NCBI RefSeq assembly: GCF_000011805.1 | Contig: NC_006841.2 | Source of the DNA: Aliivibrio fischeri ES114 | Lineage (GTDB): Bacteria > Pseudomonadota > Gammaproteobacteria > Enterobacterales > Vibrionaceae | Length of the DNA: 32,000 nucleotides | Direction: 5' to 3' (one strand) | In this document: positions 9,325 to 19,084 of the stretch, piece after piece | Numbering within the stretch: position 1 is the stretch's first letter | How the letters are laid out: each line of letters begins with the position of its first letter | Translations under genes and position numbers: made by a program | The notes under the pieces: model-generated | What the model saw: only the letters and a program-made list of their open reading frames with translations | Told to the model about the DNA's origin: nothing | The model's database searches: none

Positions 9325-10494
9325 ATGTACCGTATATCACAACTTGCAGAGTTAGTGGGGTTATCAAGAACGACCTTACTCTATTACGAAAAATTGGGTT
9401 TGATAAAAGGCGAACGTTTAAATAATGGTTACCGTCAATACAGTGAGAAAGATGCGCAACGATTGGTGCTATTACAAAACCTTCAAGCGGGTGGATTAAC
9501 GCTTAAAGAGTGCCAAGCTTGTCTTGATGCCAAAGTGAACCGTGAGGTTTTAGTTGAGCGTTTAGAGCAATTAGATCAAGAGATTGAGCAAAAACAAAAT
9601 TCACGCCAGTTGCTTGCCGCTTTATTAGGAGAAAGCAGTTTAACAGACTGGCACGAGTCATTAGACCAACTAGCACCAGAAGCGCATATTGAGTGGTTAA
9701 TGAAACAAGGCTTTGATGAAAAGCAAGCAATGAGACTGAAATGGTTATCTAAAGATATGAACGAACATGAACGCTACATGCAAGATTTTGATTTGATTTT
9801 TAAAGAGTTAGAAAGATGGGGCCCAGGTTCTGAAAGTGACACATTAAAAGCATTACAGAAAGTACCTAATAAATCAATGACGCTACTTGAAATTGGTTGT
9901 GGGCAAGGTATTGCGACTGAGCTTTTTGCTCGACATACCGATGCGATGATTACCGCGGTTGATAACGAAGAATTTGCACTCAAGCATTTAATGGAAAAAA
10001 TGCAACAAAATGGTTTAGAAGATAAGATCACAACGGTGTGTGCAGATATGGCTAAAATGCCGTTTGAGACAAAGAGTTTTGATCTTATTTGGTCAGAAGG
10101 CAGTGCCTACATTATGGGCGTTCAAAATGCGTTAAAAGCATGGAAACCATTATTAAGTGAAGATGGTGTTCTTGTGGTAAGCGATTTAGTTTGGAGTACG
10201 GATAAACCAAGCGAGGGTGCCTTGTCTTTTTGGAAAAAAGAGTACCCAGATATGGTGTCAGTTTCAGAGCGAATTAAGCATGCACAACAAGCTGGTTATG
10301 AGGTTATTGAACATTTTTCTCTTAGTGATGCCGCATGGGAAGCGTATTACCATCCCTTAATCGAGCGATTAGATACATTAAAAGATAAATTAATAGATTC
10401 TCCAGTATTAATTGATTTTGAGAATGAAATAACCGCTTTTAAACAGCGAGCAAATGAGTTCGATTATGAGATTTTTATACTAAGGTCTCGTTAA
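9325..10494 (+). CDS. MerR-family regulator fused to a class I SAM-dependent methyltransferase domain
   Basis: N-term MYRISQLAELVGLSRTTLLYYEKLGLIKGERLNNGYRQYSEKDAQRL (MerR HTH) then MTase motif LLEIGCGQGIATELFA...AVDNEEFAL...SFDLIWSEGSAY. Confidence 0.9.
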   Translation: MYRISQLAELVGLSRTTLLYYEKLGLIKGERLNNGYRQYSEKDAQRLVLLQNLQAGGLTLKECQACLDAKVNREVLVERLEQLDQEIEQKQNSRQLLAALLGESSLTDWHESLDQLAPEAHIEWLMKQGFDEKQAMRLKWLSKDMNEHERYMQDFDLIFKELERWGPGSESDTLKALQKVPNKSMTLLEIGCGQGIATELFARHTDAMITAVDNEEFALKHLMEKMQQNGLEDKITTVCADMAKMPFETKSFDLIWSEGSAYIMGVQNALKAWKPLLSEDGVLVVSDLVWSTDKPSEGALSFWKKEYPDMVSVSERIKHAQQAGYEVIEHFSLSDAAWEAYYHPLIERLDTLKDKLIDSPVLIDFENEITAFKQRANEFDYEIFILRSR

Positions 10495-10569
10495 GAACAA
10501 AAACTACTGACCTATTTGTCATTTTACAGATTATGCTTTGAAAAACGATAAAACATATAAGGTTGTGGA

Positions 10570-11106
10570 ATGGATTACTCTCAATATCATGTTGAACAAA
10601 CTCAAGAAATTACGGAACTGGTTACTCGCACTTTTTCAAAATCAGAAGGGGTTGATGAAGGCACATTGATTGGTGCATTAATCAAAGATCTTTTTGCAAC
10701 AACAGACTCTGATGATATGTTTATTTTTGTTGCGAAAGATAACGGCAAAATTGTTGGAAGTATCTTTTTTACACGCTTAACATTTGAAATAGATACAACG
10801 GCATTTTTACTTTGCCCTGTTGTGATCGATACTGAATATCAAAATAAAGGTGTTGGTCAGACGCTTATTAATCATGGTCTTGAAGTTTTGAAACAAGAAG
10901 GTGTTGAGTTGGTATTTACTTATGGTGAGCCAAAGTTTTATGAAAGAGTTGGTTTTGAGATCGTAAGTGAAGAACAATTTAAGTCTCCAATTCCTTTGAG
11001 TTATTTGTATAGCTGGTTAGCTCAATCTTTAAATGATGAAGTATTAACTTATATTCCGGGGCGCTCAAAATGCGTTGCTGCTCTTAATAATTTGCGACTC
11101 TGGTAA
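10570..11106 (+). CDS. GNAT-family N-acetyltransferase
   Basis: LLCPVVIDTEYQNKGVGQTLINHGLEVLKQEGVELVFTYGEPKFYERVGFE: Q/RxxGxG/A acetyl-CoA binding motif and YPKFYxRxGFE-like motif. Confidence 0.92.
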   Translation: MDYSQYHVEQTQEITELVTRTFSKSEGVDEGTLIGALIKDLFATTDSDDMFIFVAKDNGKIVGSIFFTRLTFEIDTTAFLLCPVVIDTEYQNKGVGQTLINHGLEVLKQEGVELVFTYGEPKFYERVGFEIVSEEQFKSPIPLSYLYSWLAQSLNDEVLTYIPGRSKCVAALNNLRLW

Positions 11107-11136
11107 CCGTTAATTATCGTTTCTTTAGTATATCGA

Positions 11137-11184
11137 TAAAAAGGGATAATTGTACTTTGTAGTAAGTACGGTTATCCTTTTTTG
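11137..11184 (+). terminator. Rho-independent terminator downstream of GNAT gene
   Basis: aaaaagggataattgtac...gtacggttatccttttttg. Confidence 0.75.
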
Positions 11185-11302
11185 CGTATATTTACCCATT
11201 CTATTCACCTTTCCAGTACGAATGTTTAGACAGGACGTATTTGATTTGGCATTCTCATTATTATAATAACACTAAGGCATACTCGCCTTTAAAAGGATAA
11301 TA

Positions 11303-12232
11303 ATGAAAATAGGAATCATCGGCTTAGGTGACATTGCGCAAAAAGCGTATTTGCCCGTCATTACTCAACTTCCGGGCATTCAACCGCTTTTTTGTACACG
11401 AAATCCTGACACGCTCATACAATTATCGTCAAAATATCGTATAGAAGGGACTTGCCAAGATTACCAGCAGCTTCTAAAAATGGGGGTGGATGCAGTGATG
11501 ATCCACGCTGCAACTCAAGTTCATTTTGATATTGCCTCTTTTTTTCTGAAAAATGGTATCCCAACCTTTGTTGATAAGCCTCTTGCTGATTCCGCACAAG
11601 AAGCGGAGTTGTTGTATACGATTGCAGAGCAATATAACACACCACTTTATGTTGGATTTAATCGCCGACATATTCCATTGTATAACCAATTTGTACCAGA
11701 GCTGGCGAACGGAACGGTAGGTAAATTGCGTTCATTACGTTGGGAAAAACATCGTCATGCTTTACCGGGTGATTTACGAACCTTTATCTTTGATGATTTC
11801 ATACACCCATTGGATAGCGTGAATCTAAACGCTCAGTCCACCATTGATGATGTTCATGTTATTCATCAAATGCAGGGAACACAGTTAGCAAGATTAGACG
11901 TTCAATGGCAAGTTGGAGAGACAATACTGCATGCCTCGATGGATCGTCATTTTGGAGTGACCACAGAGCGAGTTTCTGTTGGTTATGAAAATCAATCTTT
12001 TGAGTTTCCGTCGTTTGTTGAAGGCCGACAATGGAAAGATAGCACAGAGCAAAAGTTAGTGTTGAAAGATTGGACGCCAATGCTAACAAGTAAAGGGTTT
12101 GAAACTATGATTAAAGATTGGATTCGAGTGGTGGAAAAAGGCAAGTTATCAACCGCAACAGCGGATCGTAACCTTGCCAGTCACCAATTGGCGGAGGCTG
12201 TGTATCAGAAAATACACAACCAATTGAAATAA
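11303..12232 (+). CDS. Gfo/Idh/MocA-family NAD(P)-dependent oxidoreductase
   Basis: MKIGIIGLGDIAQKAYLPVI Rossmann motif; VFVDKPLADSAQEAEELL (EKP-like) and GFNRRHIP. Confidence 0.92.
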   Translation: MKIGIIGLGDIAQKAYLPVITQLPGIQPLFCTRNPDTLIQLSSKYRIEGTCQDYQQLLKMGVDAVMIHAATQVHFDIASFFLKNGIPTFVDKPLADSAQEAELLYTIAEQYNTPLYVGFNRRHIPLYNQFVPELANGTVGKLRSLRWEKHRHALPGDLRTFIFDDFIHPLDSVNLNAQSTIDDVHVIHQMQGTQLARLDVQWQVGETILHASMDRHFGVTTERVSVGYENQSFEFPSFVEGRQWKDSTEQKLVLKDWTPMLTSKGFETMIKDWIRVVEKGKLSTATADRNLASHQLAEAVYQKIHNQLK

Positions 12233-12235
12233 CAA

Positions 12236-13135
12236 TTATTTCAGCCTTCTTGATAGTTTAATATAAACAAATAAAGATAAAAATATGACCGCACCTCCAA
12301 TGAGTTTTTGAGGTGCGACAACTTCATGAAGTACGCTAATACTCAATACAAGCGTCCAAACCGGCTCCAATATCATGATGAGTGAAGCGGTTTCAATGTT
12401 AACTGAGAATTGTCCAAGAGTTTGTGCAAGGTATCGAATTGCGGTTGCTACAATAGTAGAAATTAAAAACCAAAAGACCGCATGTTGAGTGATTTCAAAA
12501 GAAGGATGGGAATTAAGCGAGGCATACAAGCACCCACTAAGGCCTACAACAAATAATTGAACACAAATGGATAAAAGTGGTGTGATTGCGCCAATGATGC
12601 GTTTATTAAGCACAAAATGCATGGAAAGTAATAATGCAGATAGCATAAAGCCAAGTTGACTGGCTTCTAATTTCCAACCATTTCCTAACGTCAGCAAAAT
12701 CATTCCAAGTATTGATATTGGTAGAGCAATCCAAAAGGCTTTATTGGGTTTATTGCGAAATAATATCCATGAAATGATAGGTGCAATGATCATCGCTAAA
12801 CTCATGATGAATGCGCCTTCAGCAAGTGATGTGGTGATGGATACGGCATACACCCAAACTTGCAGAGCAAAAGATAAAACCAACCCAACCCCACTCAAGG
12901 CTAAAATTTGTTTGCCAGTTAATGTGCGAAATTGTTTAAAACAAAAGGGTGCCAGCACAAAACTAGCCAGTAGAAATCGAGTTCCAATAAAAATATCACC
13001 GGGTATGGTCATCACGACCATTTTTGATGCTCCCCAGCCAATGGCAGCCAGAATGGTAGCAATAATTAAATAGATCATACCGCGCATGATGTTATCTCTT
13101 GATAAAAATGACGATAATACCAGTGTTATCATCAT
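12236..13135 (-). CDS. DMT-family transporter (EamA domains)
   Basis: About 10 hydrophobic helices in two halves; AAIGWGASKMVV..., ...MILEPVWTLVLSISVLHEVVAPQKLIGGAVIFLSL... typical EamA C-half. Confidence 0.9.
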   Translation of the reverse strand: MMITLVLSSFLSRDNIMRGMIYLIIATILAAIGWGASKMVVMTIPGDIFIGTRFLLASFVLAPFCFKQFRTLTGKQILALSGVGLVLSFALQVWVYAVSITTSLAEGAFIMSLAMIIAPIISWILFRNKPNKAFWIALPISILGMILLTLGNGWKLEASQLGFMLSALLLSMHFVLNKRIIGAITPLLSICVQLFVVGLSGCLYASLNSHPSFEITQHAVFWFLISTIVATAIRYLAQTLGQFSVNIETASLIMILEPVWTLVLSISVLHEVVAPQKLIGGAVIFLSLFVYIKLSRRLK

Positions 13136-13198
13136 TTATAAAAAATAACCCCACTCAAAAAAGCAGGGTTATGTGTAGTTGATTCATTTGTTTTAAAT

Positions 13199-14305
13199 TT
13201 AATGCGCTTCTTGGTATTCAGGGTAATCTACAAGCCCTTGTTGTGTACCACCAAATAGCGTATTTGGATCGTGCTCAGCTAATGGATAATCGTTTTTAAT
13301 ACGATTAGGCAAATCAGGATTCGCAATAAATGGGCGACCAAATCCAACTAGATCTGCAAGGTTGTCTGTCAGTGCTTGCGCCGCTTTGCCTGTATTATAA
13401 CGACCAGCATAAATAATCGTGCCTTGATAAGCCTCACGAATTGCTGTTTTAAATTCCTCAGGCGTCTCAGGGGCATTATCCCAGTCCACTTCTGCAATGT
13501 GCATATAAACCACGTTGTGTTTGTTTAATAATGCTGCTGCTGCTGTGTAGGTTTCTACTGGTGTTTTATCGACTGTGCCATTTAGAGAAGTAAATGGAGC
13601 AAGGCGAACACCAACACGGTCGTAACCAATGGCTTCGTTTACTGCTTCGACAACTTCGCCTAGAAAACGCAGACGATTTTCGATAGAACCACCGTATTCA
13701 TCGGTACGGTTGTTCGCTTCAGAGTCAATGAATTGATTAATTAAATAACCATTGGCTGCGTGAAGCTCAATACCATCAAAGCCTGCTTCAATCGCGTTTA
13801 ATGCCGCTTGGCGATATTCTGCGATAACATCGTTAATATCTTGCTGAGTCATTTCACGAGGCTCAACAACATCAACAAAACCTGGCGCATCAGTACCGTT
13901 ATCGATGAATACCTTTACGTTCTCTGCTTTAAGTGCAGAAGAAGAAATAGGTTGTTGACCACCAATGTTTTCAGGGTGAGTGACACGGCCTACATGCCAA
14001 AGCTGAGCGAAAATAGTACCGCCTTTAGCATGAACGGCATCAGTTACTTTTTTCCAACCAAGGATTTGTTCTTGAGAATAAATTCCCGGAGTCCATGCGT
14101 AACCTTGACCCATTTCTGAAATTTGAGTTCCCTCTGCGATAATAAGACCTGCACTTGCACGTTGAGCATAGTATTTGGCCATCATATCGTTCGCTACATT
14201 ACCCGGTTGGCTTGCACGAGAACGAGTCATAGGAGGCATAACGATACGGTTTTTTAGTGTCAGATTACCAAGTTGCATTGGTTGAAATAGTGCATTTTTC
14301 ATCAA
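13199..14305 (-). CDS. nemA: Alkene reductase / N-ethylmaleimide reductase (Old Yellow Enzyme family)
   Basis: LFQPMQLGNLTLKNRIVMPPMTRSRA, GFDGIELHAANGYLINQFIDSEANNRTDEYGGSIENRLRFL, VGFGRPFIANPDLPNRI. Confidence 0.93.
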   Translation of the reverse strand: MMKNALFQPMQLGNLTLKNRIVMPPMTRSRASQPGNVANDMMAKYYAQRASAGLIIAEGTQISEMGQGYAWTPGIYSQEQILGWKKVTDAVHAKGGTIFAQLWHVGRVTHPENIGGQQPISSSALKAENVKVFIDNGTDAPGFVDVVEPREMTQQDINDVIAEYRQAALNAIEAGFDGIELHAANGYLINQFIDSEANNRTDEYGGSIENRLRFLGEVVEAVNEAIGYDRVGVRLAPFTSLNGTVDKTPVETYTAAAALLNKHNVVYMHIAEVDWDNAPETPEEFKTAIREAYQGTIIYAGRYNTGKAAQALTDNLADLVGFGRPFIANPDLPNRIKNDYPLAEHDPNTLFGGTQQGLVDYPEYQEAH

Positions 14306-14314
14306 TAAATCCTC

Positions 14315-14694
14315 TTATTTGCTTAATTGAATAAGCTCAATTTGATAACCATCAGGATCTGTAATAAACGCAATACGCGTGTACCGCCTTTTACTGGCCC
14401 AGCTTCACGAGTCACGTTGCCACCTAGTGCTTTGATGTTATCGCAAGCTGCATAAATATCTTGGACACCTAAAGCTAAATGACCAAACGCATTACCCATG
14501 TCGTAATTATCGGTATCCCAGTTATACGTCAACTCGATACTTGTTCCGCCTTCTTCATAACCAACGAAAACGAGTGTGTAGCGATATTCACTGTTTTCGC
14601 TGTGATCGAGCACTTTCATCCCCAAAACCTTGGTATAAAATTCAATAGATTGTTTTAAGTCTGTCACTCTGATCATCGTATGTAGAAATTGCAT
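14315..14694 (-). pseudogene. gloA: Lactoylglutathione lyase (glyoxalase I) with apparent C-terminal frameshift
   Basis: Track ORF (14323-14694) reads normally to ...[17 protein letters not shown] and then [16 protein letters not shown]. Another frame immediately downstream encodes the expected GloA tail [18 protein letters not shown] (stop at 14315-14317). A 1-nt loss near 14372-14376 (gtaatt to gtatt, VIAF) would explain this; the break could also be a sequencing error. Confidence 0.75.
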
Positions 14695-15013
14695 GATTTC
14701 ACCTTGCCAGTGCTGATTGTTGTCGTTTGTATAATCTAACGATACGCAAGATGACTAAATTTATGAAATTATGATTTTTTATTAATTTAATAATTTTTTG
14801 TTATTGGTAGGGTATGTGACCCAGTTATGAAAATGCTATCAGATGTTATTTATTGATTAATCTGTAAATAATTCGTGCAATTTGCGAATTAAAATGACTG
14901 CTGATGATTCTCAATTTGAAAATCTAAAGTAATGTCATTTAATATCAATAAGTTAAAATTGGTACGGGCTATGCAATGTCTCATATACACATTAAGTATA
15001 ATGAGGGAACATT

Positions 15014-17158
15014 ATGAAATCTAAACACTCAATATCCTATCTTGCAACGTTAAGTATTGCCTTAGGGGTTAGTACACAATTGCAAGCGGCAGTTCCATTT
15101 GAGTCATGTCCTAGCCAAGCTTTTATGCTGCAAAATCCATCAGGTACTCCTATTGCGTATGGTATTAGTTTAGATGTTGGTAGTTATAGTACTTTATCTT
15201 GGGAAGTTGGCAGTGGGAAAATTAATGCTGTTGGCTACAGTGTTCATGATGACTTCATCTATGGGTGGGATTATGGTGCTCAATCTCTGACTAAGATCGG
15301 CTCAGATTTTATTTCAAATCCATTATCTGTTTCTAATTTAAATATTGGACCTACGTCGTTTTATGTTGGTGACGTTTCAACAAATGAAAGTGCATGGTAT
15401 GGATACCGGATTAATAATGGTCTATTTAAAATTGATATCGATACATTAACGATGAGTCAGGTTGCGACCTCGACAACCATTGGTAAGCTTCGAATTTTAG
15501 ATATGGCTTTCCATCCTGATGATGGGATTATTTATAGTGTAGATAACTATGGTTACCTCTATCAAATAGATCCAACTACAGGTGCAAGTACCCAGTTAAA
15601 TCAGGTAATAAGTAGTAGTGGCGTTGGGCACAGTTTATCGTTTGGTGCACAATATTTTGATGTTGACGGAACTCTTTATCTTAGTAATAACGGTAATGGT
15701 TATATTTATGCCGTTGATATTAACGGTATGAACTCAAGTTCAGAGTTTTTTGCTTATGGCCCATCAAGTAATTCCAATGATGGGGCACGTTGTGCCTTTG
15801 CCGCTGTAGGACAAAATGACAATAGTGATTACGGAGATGCTCCTGATTCCTATGGTACGTTATATGATTCGATGGGGGCTCGTCATGGCGTTTCTGATTT
15901 AAGACTAGGTGATGTTGTTGATGGTGAAAGTGACGCTTATGTATATCCACTTTCTGATGATGCATCAGATTCCAGTAACGATGATGATGGCATTTCTTTC
16001 CCTGTTCCAATCGAAATTCAAGAAACCAGTTTTATTTATGCCAATGTTAATGGCGCAGAAGGTGAGGGCGTATTAAGTGCATGGATTGATTGGGACCAAG
16101 ATGGGCAATTTAACGATGATGAAATCATACTAAATAGTGAATGGGTTGATGATGGACAAAATCAACTTTACTTTAATGTACCTAGCTGGGCGTTAGCTGG
16201 AACGACGTGGGCTCGTTTTCGTCTAAGTCGAACTTATGATCTTGGTCCTAATGGCGGGGTTAGTATGGGGGAAGTTGAGGATTATCAAGTTACCGTTACG
16301 GATCAAGGCGTCTCGGTAGAGCTTTATCCTTCAGGAGCAGCATACACTACGTTTGCTTATGAAGATCAATACCCTAAGGTTGGGGACTATGACATGAATG
16401 ATGTATTAATGAACGTCAAATACACAGAGTACAGTCATAGTAATAAAGTGATACAGCTAAGAATTGATGGTCAGGTCGCTGCTTTAGGTGGGACGTATCG
16501 TTCAGGGTTTGCAATTCGTTTACCGGGTATAAGCCCATCGAAAATAAAATCAGCCTCAGTTAAATTAATTATTGATGGTGAATTGCAAAATACTGAAGTC
16601 GTTGAAAGTGGTACTACAGACGCTGTATTGATTGTTCATGAGGATCTTTGGTCATTTACAGAATCAGGGGAGGAAGAAGGGTGTTATATGTTCCGTACTC
16701 AATTAGGTTGTGGTACTCAACATCGTCCTAGTTGGACGTTAATTATTCCTTTTGAACAACCAATCTCTCAATCTCAAATGCCTGATTTCCCTTATGATCC
16801 GTTTATCTTTGCTACACCGGGTTATTATCATGGTAATGATGGATTACTGGTAAGTGGAGGGCATCCAGGTAGAGGTTTAGAAGTTCATCTTAAAAATAAA
16901 ACGCCAACATCTAAGTTCAATTATGGATACATAGGCCGTAGTGACGATGCAACGAATACCGCTGCTGGAACTTACTTCCATACAAGTAATGGGTTGCCAT
17001 GGGCAATTGAGCTTCCACTTGATTGGAAGCACCCAATAGAATCGATCAGTATTCTTGATGCTTACCCTCAATTTGCCAATTTTGCTCAAGATGAAACTGG
17101 ACAAACAGCAACCGACTGGTATGTCACCCCGATTACTGGCAAGGCTTATACAGATTAA
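15014..17158 (+). CDS. Large secreted protein with GEVED-type domain and C-terminal LruC-type domain
   Basis: Signal peptide; N-terminal beta-propeller-like repeats (possibly DUF6923-like); DYGDAPDSYGTLYDSMGARHGV...GMVEDYQVTV-like (here GEVEDYQVTV) block; C-term AYEDQYPKVGDYDMNDVLMNVKYTEY...LPGISPSKIKSASV resembling LruC domains. Confidence 0.75.
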   Translation: MKSKHSISYLATLSIALGVSTQLQAAVPFESCPSQAFMLQNPSGTPIAYGISLDVGSYSTLSWEVGSGKINAVGYSVHDDFIYGWDYGAQSLTKIGSDFISNPLSVSNLNIGPTSFYVGDVSTNESAWYGYRINNGLFKIDIDTLTMSQVATSTTIGKLRILDMAFHPDDGIIYSVDNYGYLYQIDPTTGASTQLNQVISSSGVGHSLSFGAQYFDVDGTLYLSNNGNGYIYAVDINGMNSSSEFFAYGPSSNSNDGARCAFAAVGQNDNSDYGDAPDSYGTLYDSMGARHGVSDLRLGDVVDGESDAYVYPLSDDASDSSNDDDGISFPVPIEIQETSFIYANVNGAEGEGVLSAWIDWDQDGQFNDDEIILNSEWVDDGQNQLYFNVPSWALAGTTWARFRLSRTYDLGPNGGVSMGEVEDYQVTVTDQGVSVELYPSGAAYTTFAYEDQYPKVGDYDMNDVLMNVKYTEYSHSNKVIQLRIDGQVAALGGTYRSGFAIRLPGISPSKIKSASVKLIIDGELQNTEVVESGTTDAVLIVHEDLWSFTESGEEEGCYMFRTQLGCGTQHRPSWTLIIPFEQPISQSQMPDFPYDPFIFATPGYYHGNDGLLVSGGHPGRGLEVHLKNKTPTSKFNYGYIGRSDDATNTAAGTYFHTSNGLPWAIELPLDWKHPIESISILDAYPQFANFAQDETGQTATDWYVTPITGKAYTD

Positions 17159-17169
17159 GGAGAAATACT

Positions 17170-17643
17170 ATGAGTACTATCGTAAATAAAATGGGTCGCA
17201 TTTGTTTGATCCTTGGTCTTATGATTTTGATTGCGGCATGTAATAGTGATAGTTCTGGCTCGGGAGATTCAACCTACTCCGGAGGCTCTAGCTCGACGCC
17301 TTCTGTACAGTCGGTTATGGATTTAGAGATCAGCGCTGAAAATAACCTCGATTCAGTTTATTCAGTTGATGTTGATATTGATATTTCGAGCATTTCAACT
17401 AAACGCGCTTTCGTTTCTATTTGCAATAATAGCGATGCAAAAGGTGATCTTAGTAAGCTCGATTTTGATATGTGTTTTGTGAAAGGTAACTTAGAGCAAG
17501 GTATCGGAGAGTTTGACTTGCGAGTCGCAAATCATAATGACGAACTCATTACTATTATCTGGGTGATGGAAAAAGATAGGGAACCTTTAACCTATACTTT
17601 TTCTCATAATAAGCAAAAAGAGAGTTATTGGTTGATTAATTAA
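17170..17643 (+). CDS. Hypothetical lipoprotein (157 aa), operonic with the LruC-type protein
   Basis: Lipobox LILGLMILIAAC; 11-nt gap from the upstream gene; shared terminator downstream. Confidence 0.75.
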   Translation: MSTIVNKMGRICLILGLMILIAACNSDSSGSGDSTYSGGSSSTPSVQSVMDLEISAENNLDSVYSVDVDIDISSISTKRAFVSICNNSDAKGDLSKLDFDMCFVKGNLEQGIGEFDLRVANHNDELITIIWVMEKDREPLTYTFSHNKQKESYWLIN

Positions 17644-17650
17644 AGAGACA

Positions 17651-17682
17651 AAAATGCCGCAGTGTTATCTGCGGCATTTTTT
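17651..17682 (+). terminator. Rho-independent terminator between convergent genes
   Basis: aaaatgccgcagtgttatctgcggcatttttt. Confidence 0.9.
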
Positions 17683-17699
17683 AATTTATAACGTATGGA

Positions 17700-18812
17700 T
17701 TAAGCGCATTCTTTCTTTGGTTTTCTTTTTTTATAAACCACACAGAAGTTGCCACGTTTGGTTCGGCACTTAGAACAACGCTCGCAATCGACTTCGGCTC
17801 TATTGCCTTCTTTCCAACGTTTAATTAGCTGAGGTTCTGCAAGTAAAGGACGTGATAAAGCAAAGTATTGGATATTCGTTTCTTCAGCAATCTTTTCAAT
17901 AGCATTAATGTCGTTTAAACCACCAACGGTAATCACAGGAACATTAACATCTTGGCTGATCACATTGCCATATTCATGGAAATAACCTTCTTCTTGAAGC
18001 GTATAGCCATCAAAAGATTCACCAACAAGTGTGCTTGCATTACCGTGAATGTTGCCTGAAATGATGATCCCATCAACACCGATCTCTTCCAGTTTTTTAC
18101 AGATGATTCGAGTCTCATCGAACGTTAAACCACCTTCAAAGAACTCAGAAGCCGTCAGTTTTACTAGGATAGGGTAATCGTCACCCACTTGTTTTCTGAT
18201 CTCTGCGTAGATCTCTAACAAGAATCGCATACGATTATCTAAGCTACCGCCATATTCATCTTCACGACGGTTATAGTAAGGGCTTAAAAATTGGTTGATT
18301 AAATAGGTGTGAGCAGCATGGATTTCAACACCATCAAAACCAGATTCTTTTGCTCTTAGGCTTGCTTTGGCAAACGCATCAACAATGTAGTCGATTTCGT
18401 CTTTTGTCATCGCTTTGCCTTGTGTTTGTGTACCACGTTCACACACATCACTTGGAGCAAAAATAACACGTTCACCAACATTATAAGTCGTTTTAGTGCC
18501 ACCATAAGCAAGCTGCATAACAATTTTTGAATCATTTAGGTGTACAAGTTCAGTCAGCTTTTTGTACTCTTCAATGAAAGAATCGTTATACATACCCATC
18601 ATGCCAGCGTTGGGTTTTTCTTCTTCAACAATGTTTGCATAGCCAGTAACAATTAAGCCAACTTCACCTTTAGCGAGCTCTTCGTAGATATCGTATAACT
18701 TGTCTGTCATATGGCCGTCTTCTGTTGCCATATTTTCCCACGTTGCACTTCTCATGAAGCGGTTTTTAAGTGTCATGTTGCCAATGCGGGTTTCGGTAAA
18801 CAAAGTGCTCAA
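17700..18812 (-). CDS. NADH:flavin oxidoreductase, Old Yellow Enzyme family, with Cys-rich C-terminus
   Basis: NRFMRSATWENMATEDGHMTDKLY, GFDGVEIHAAHTYLINQFLSPYYNRREDEYGGSLDNRMRFL; C-term DCERCSKCRTKRGNFCVVYKKRKPKKECA. Confidence 0.92.
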   Translation of the reverse strand: MSTLFTETRIGNMTLKNRFMRSATWENMATEDGHMTDKLYDIYEELAKGEVGLIVTGYANIVEEEKPNAGMMGMYNDSFIEEYKKLTELVHLNDSKIVMQLAYGGTKTTYNVGERVIFAPSDVCERGTQTQGKAMTKDEIDYIVDAFAKASLRAKESGFDGVEIHAAHTYLINQFLSPYYNRREDEYGGSLDNRMRFLLEIYAEIRKQVGDDYPILVKLTASEFFEGGLTFDETRIICKKLEEIGVDGIIISGNIHGNASTLVGESFDGYTLQEEGYFHEYGNVISQDVNVPVITVGGLNDINAIEKIAEETNIQYFALSRPLLAEPQLIKRWKEGNRAEVDCERCSKCRTKRGNFCVVYKKRKPKKECA

Positions 18813-19084
18813 GTGTGTTCCTCTATTACTGGTTTTATTTTATGGGGCGATTTTAGCGTCAATATAAAGCAAAAAACTTAATCTGTATTAAGTTCATGTC
18901 ATATCCGATTAAACAACAAACAAAATAGGGATAATTATTCTTACTTCTTTCCTATATTGCTGTTTTTATATGATTTTTTTTGGTCATTTATAGAACACTA
19001 TTTTTGAAAACTTATGTTGCACGAGTTTCGCCGCAAACTTCTTGGTGTTTTTATCGATGCTGTGTATGTTTACCCAATATTAAT

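Noticed and set aside
12744-13073. 109-aa plus-strand ORF
   Set aside because: Entirely antisense to the EamA transporter gene; no recognisable family.
13808-14119. 103-aa plus-strand ORF
   Set aside because: Entirely antisense to nemA.
15720-16010. 96-aa minus-strand ORF rich in H/Q
   Set aside because: Shadow of the low-complexity Asp/Ser-rich region of the LruC-type protein gene.
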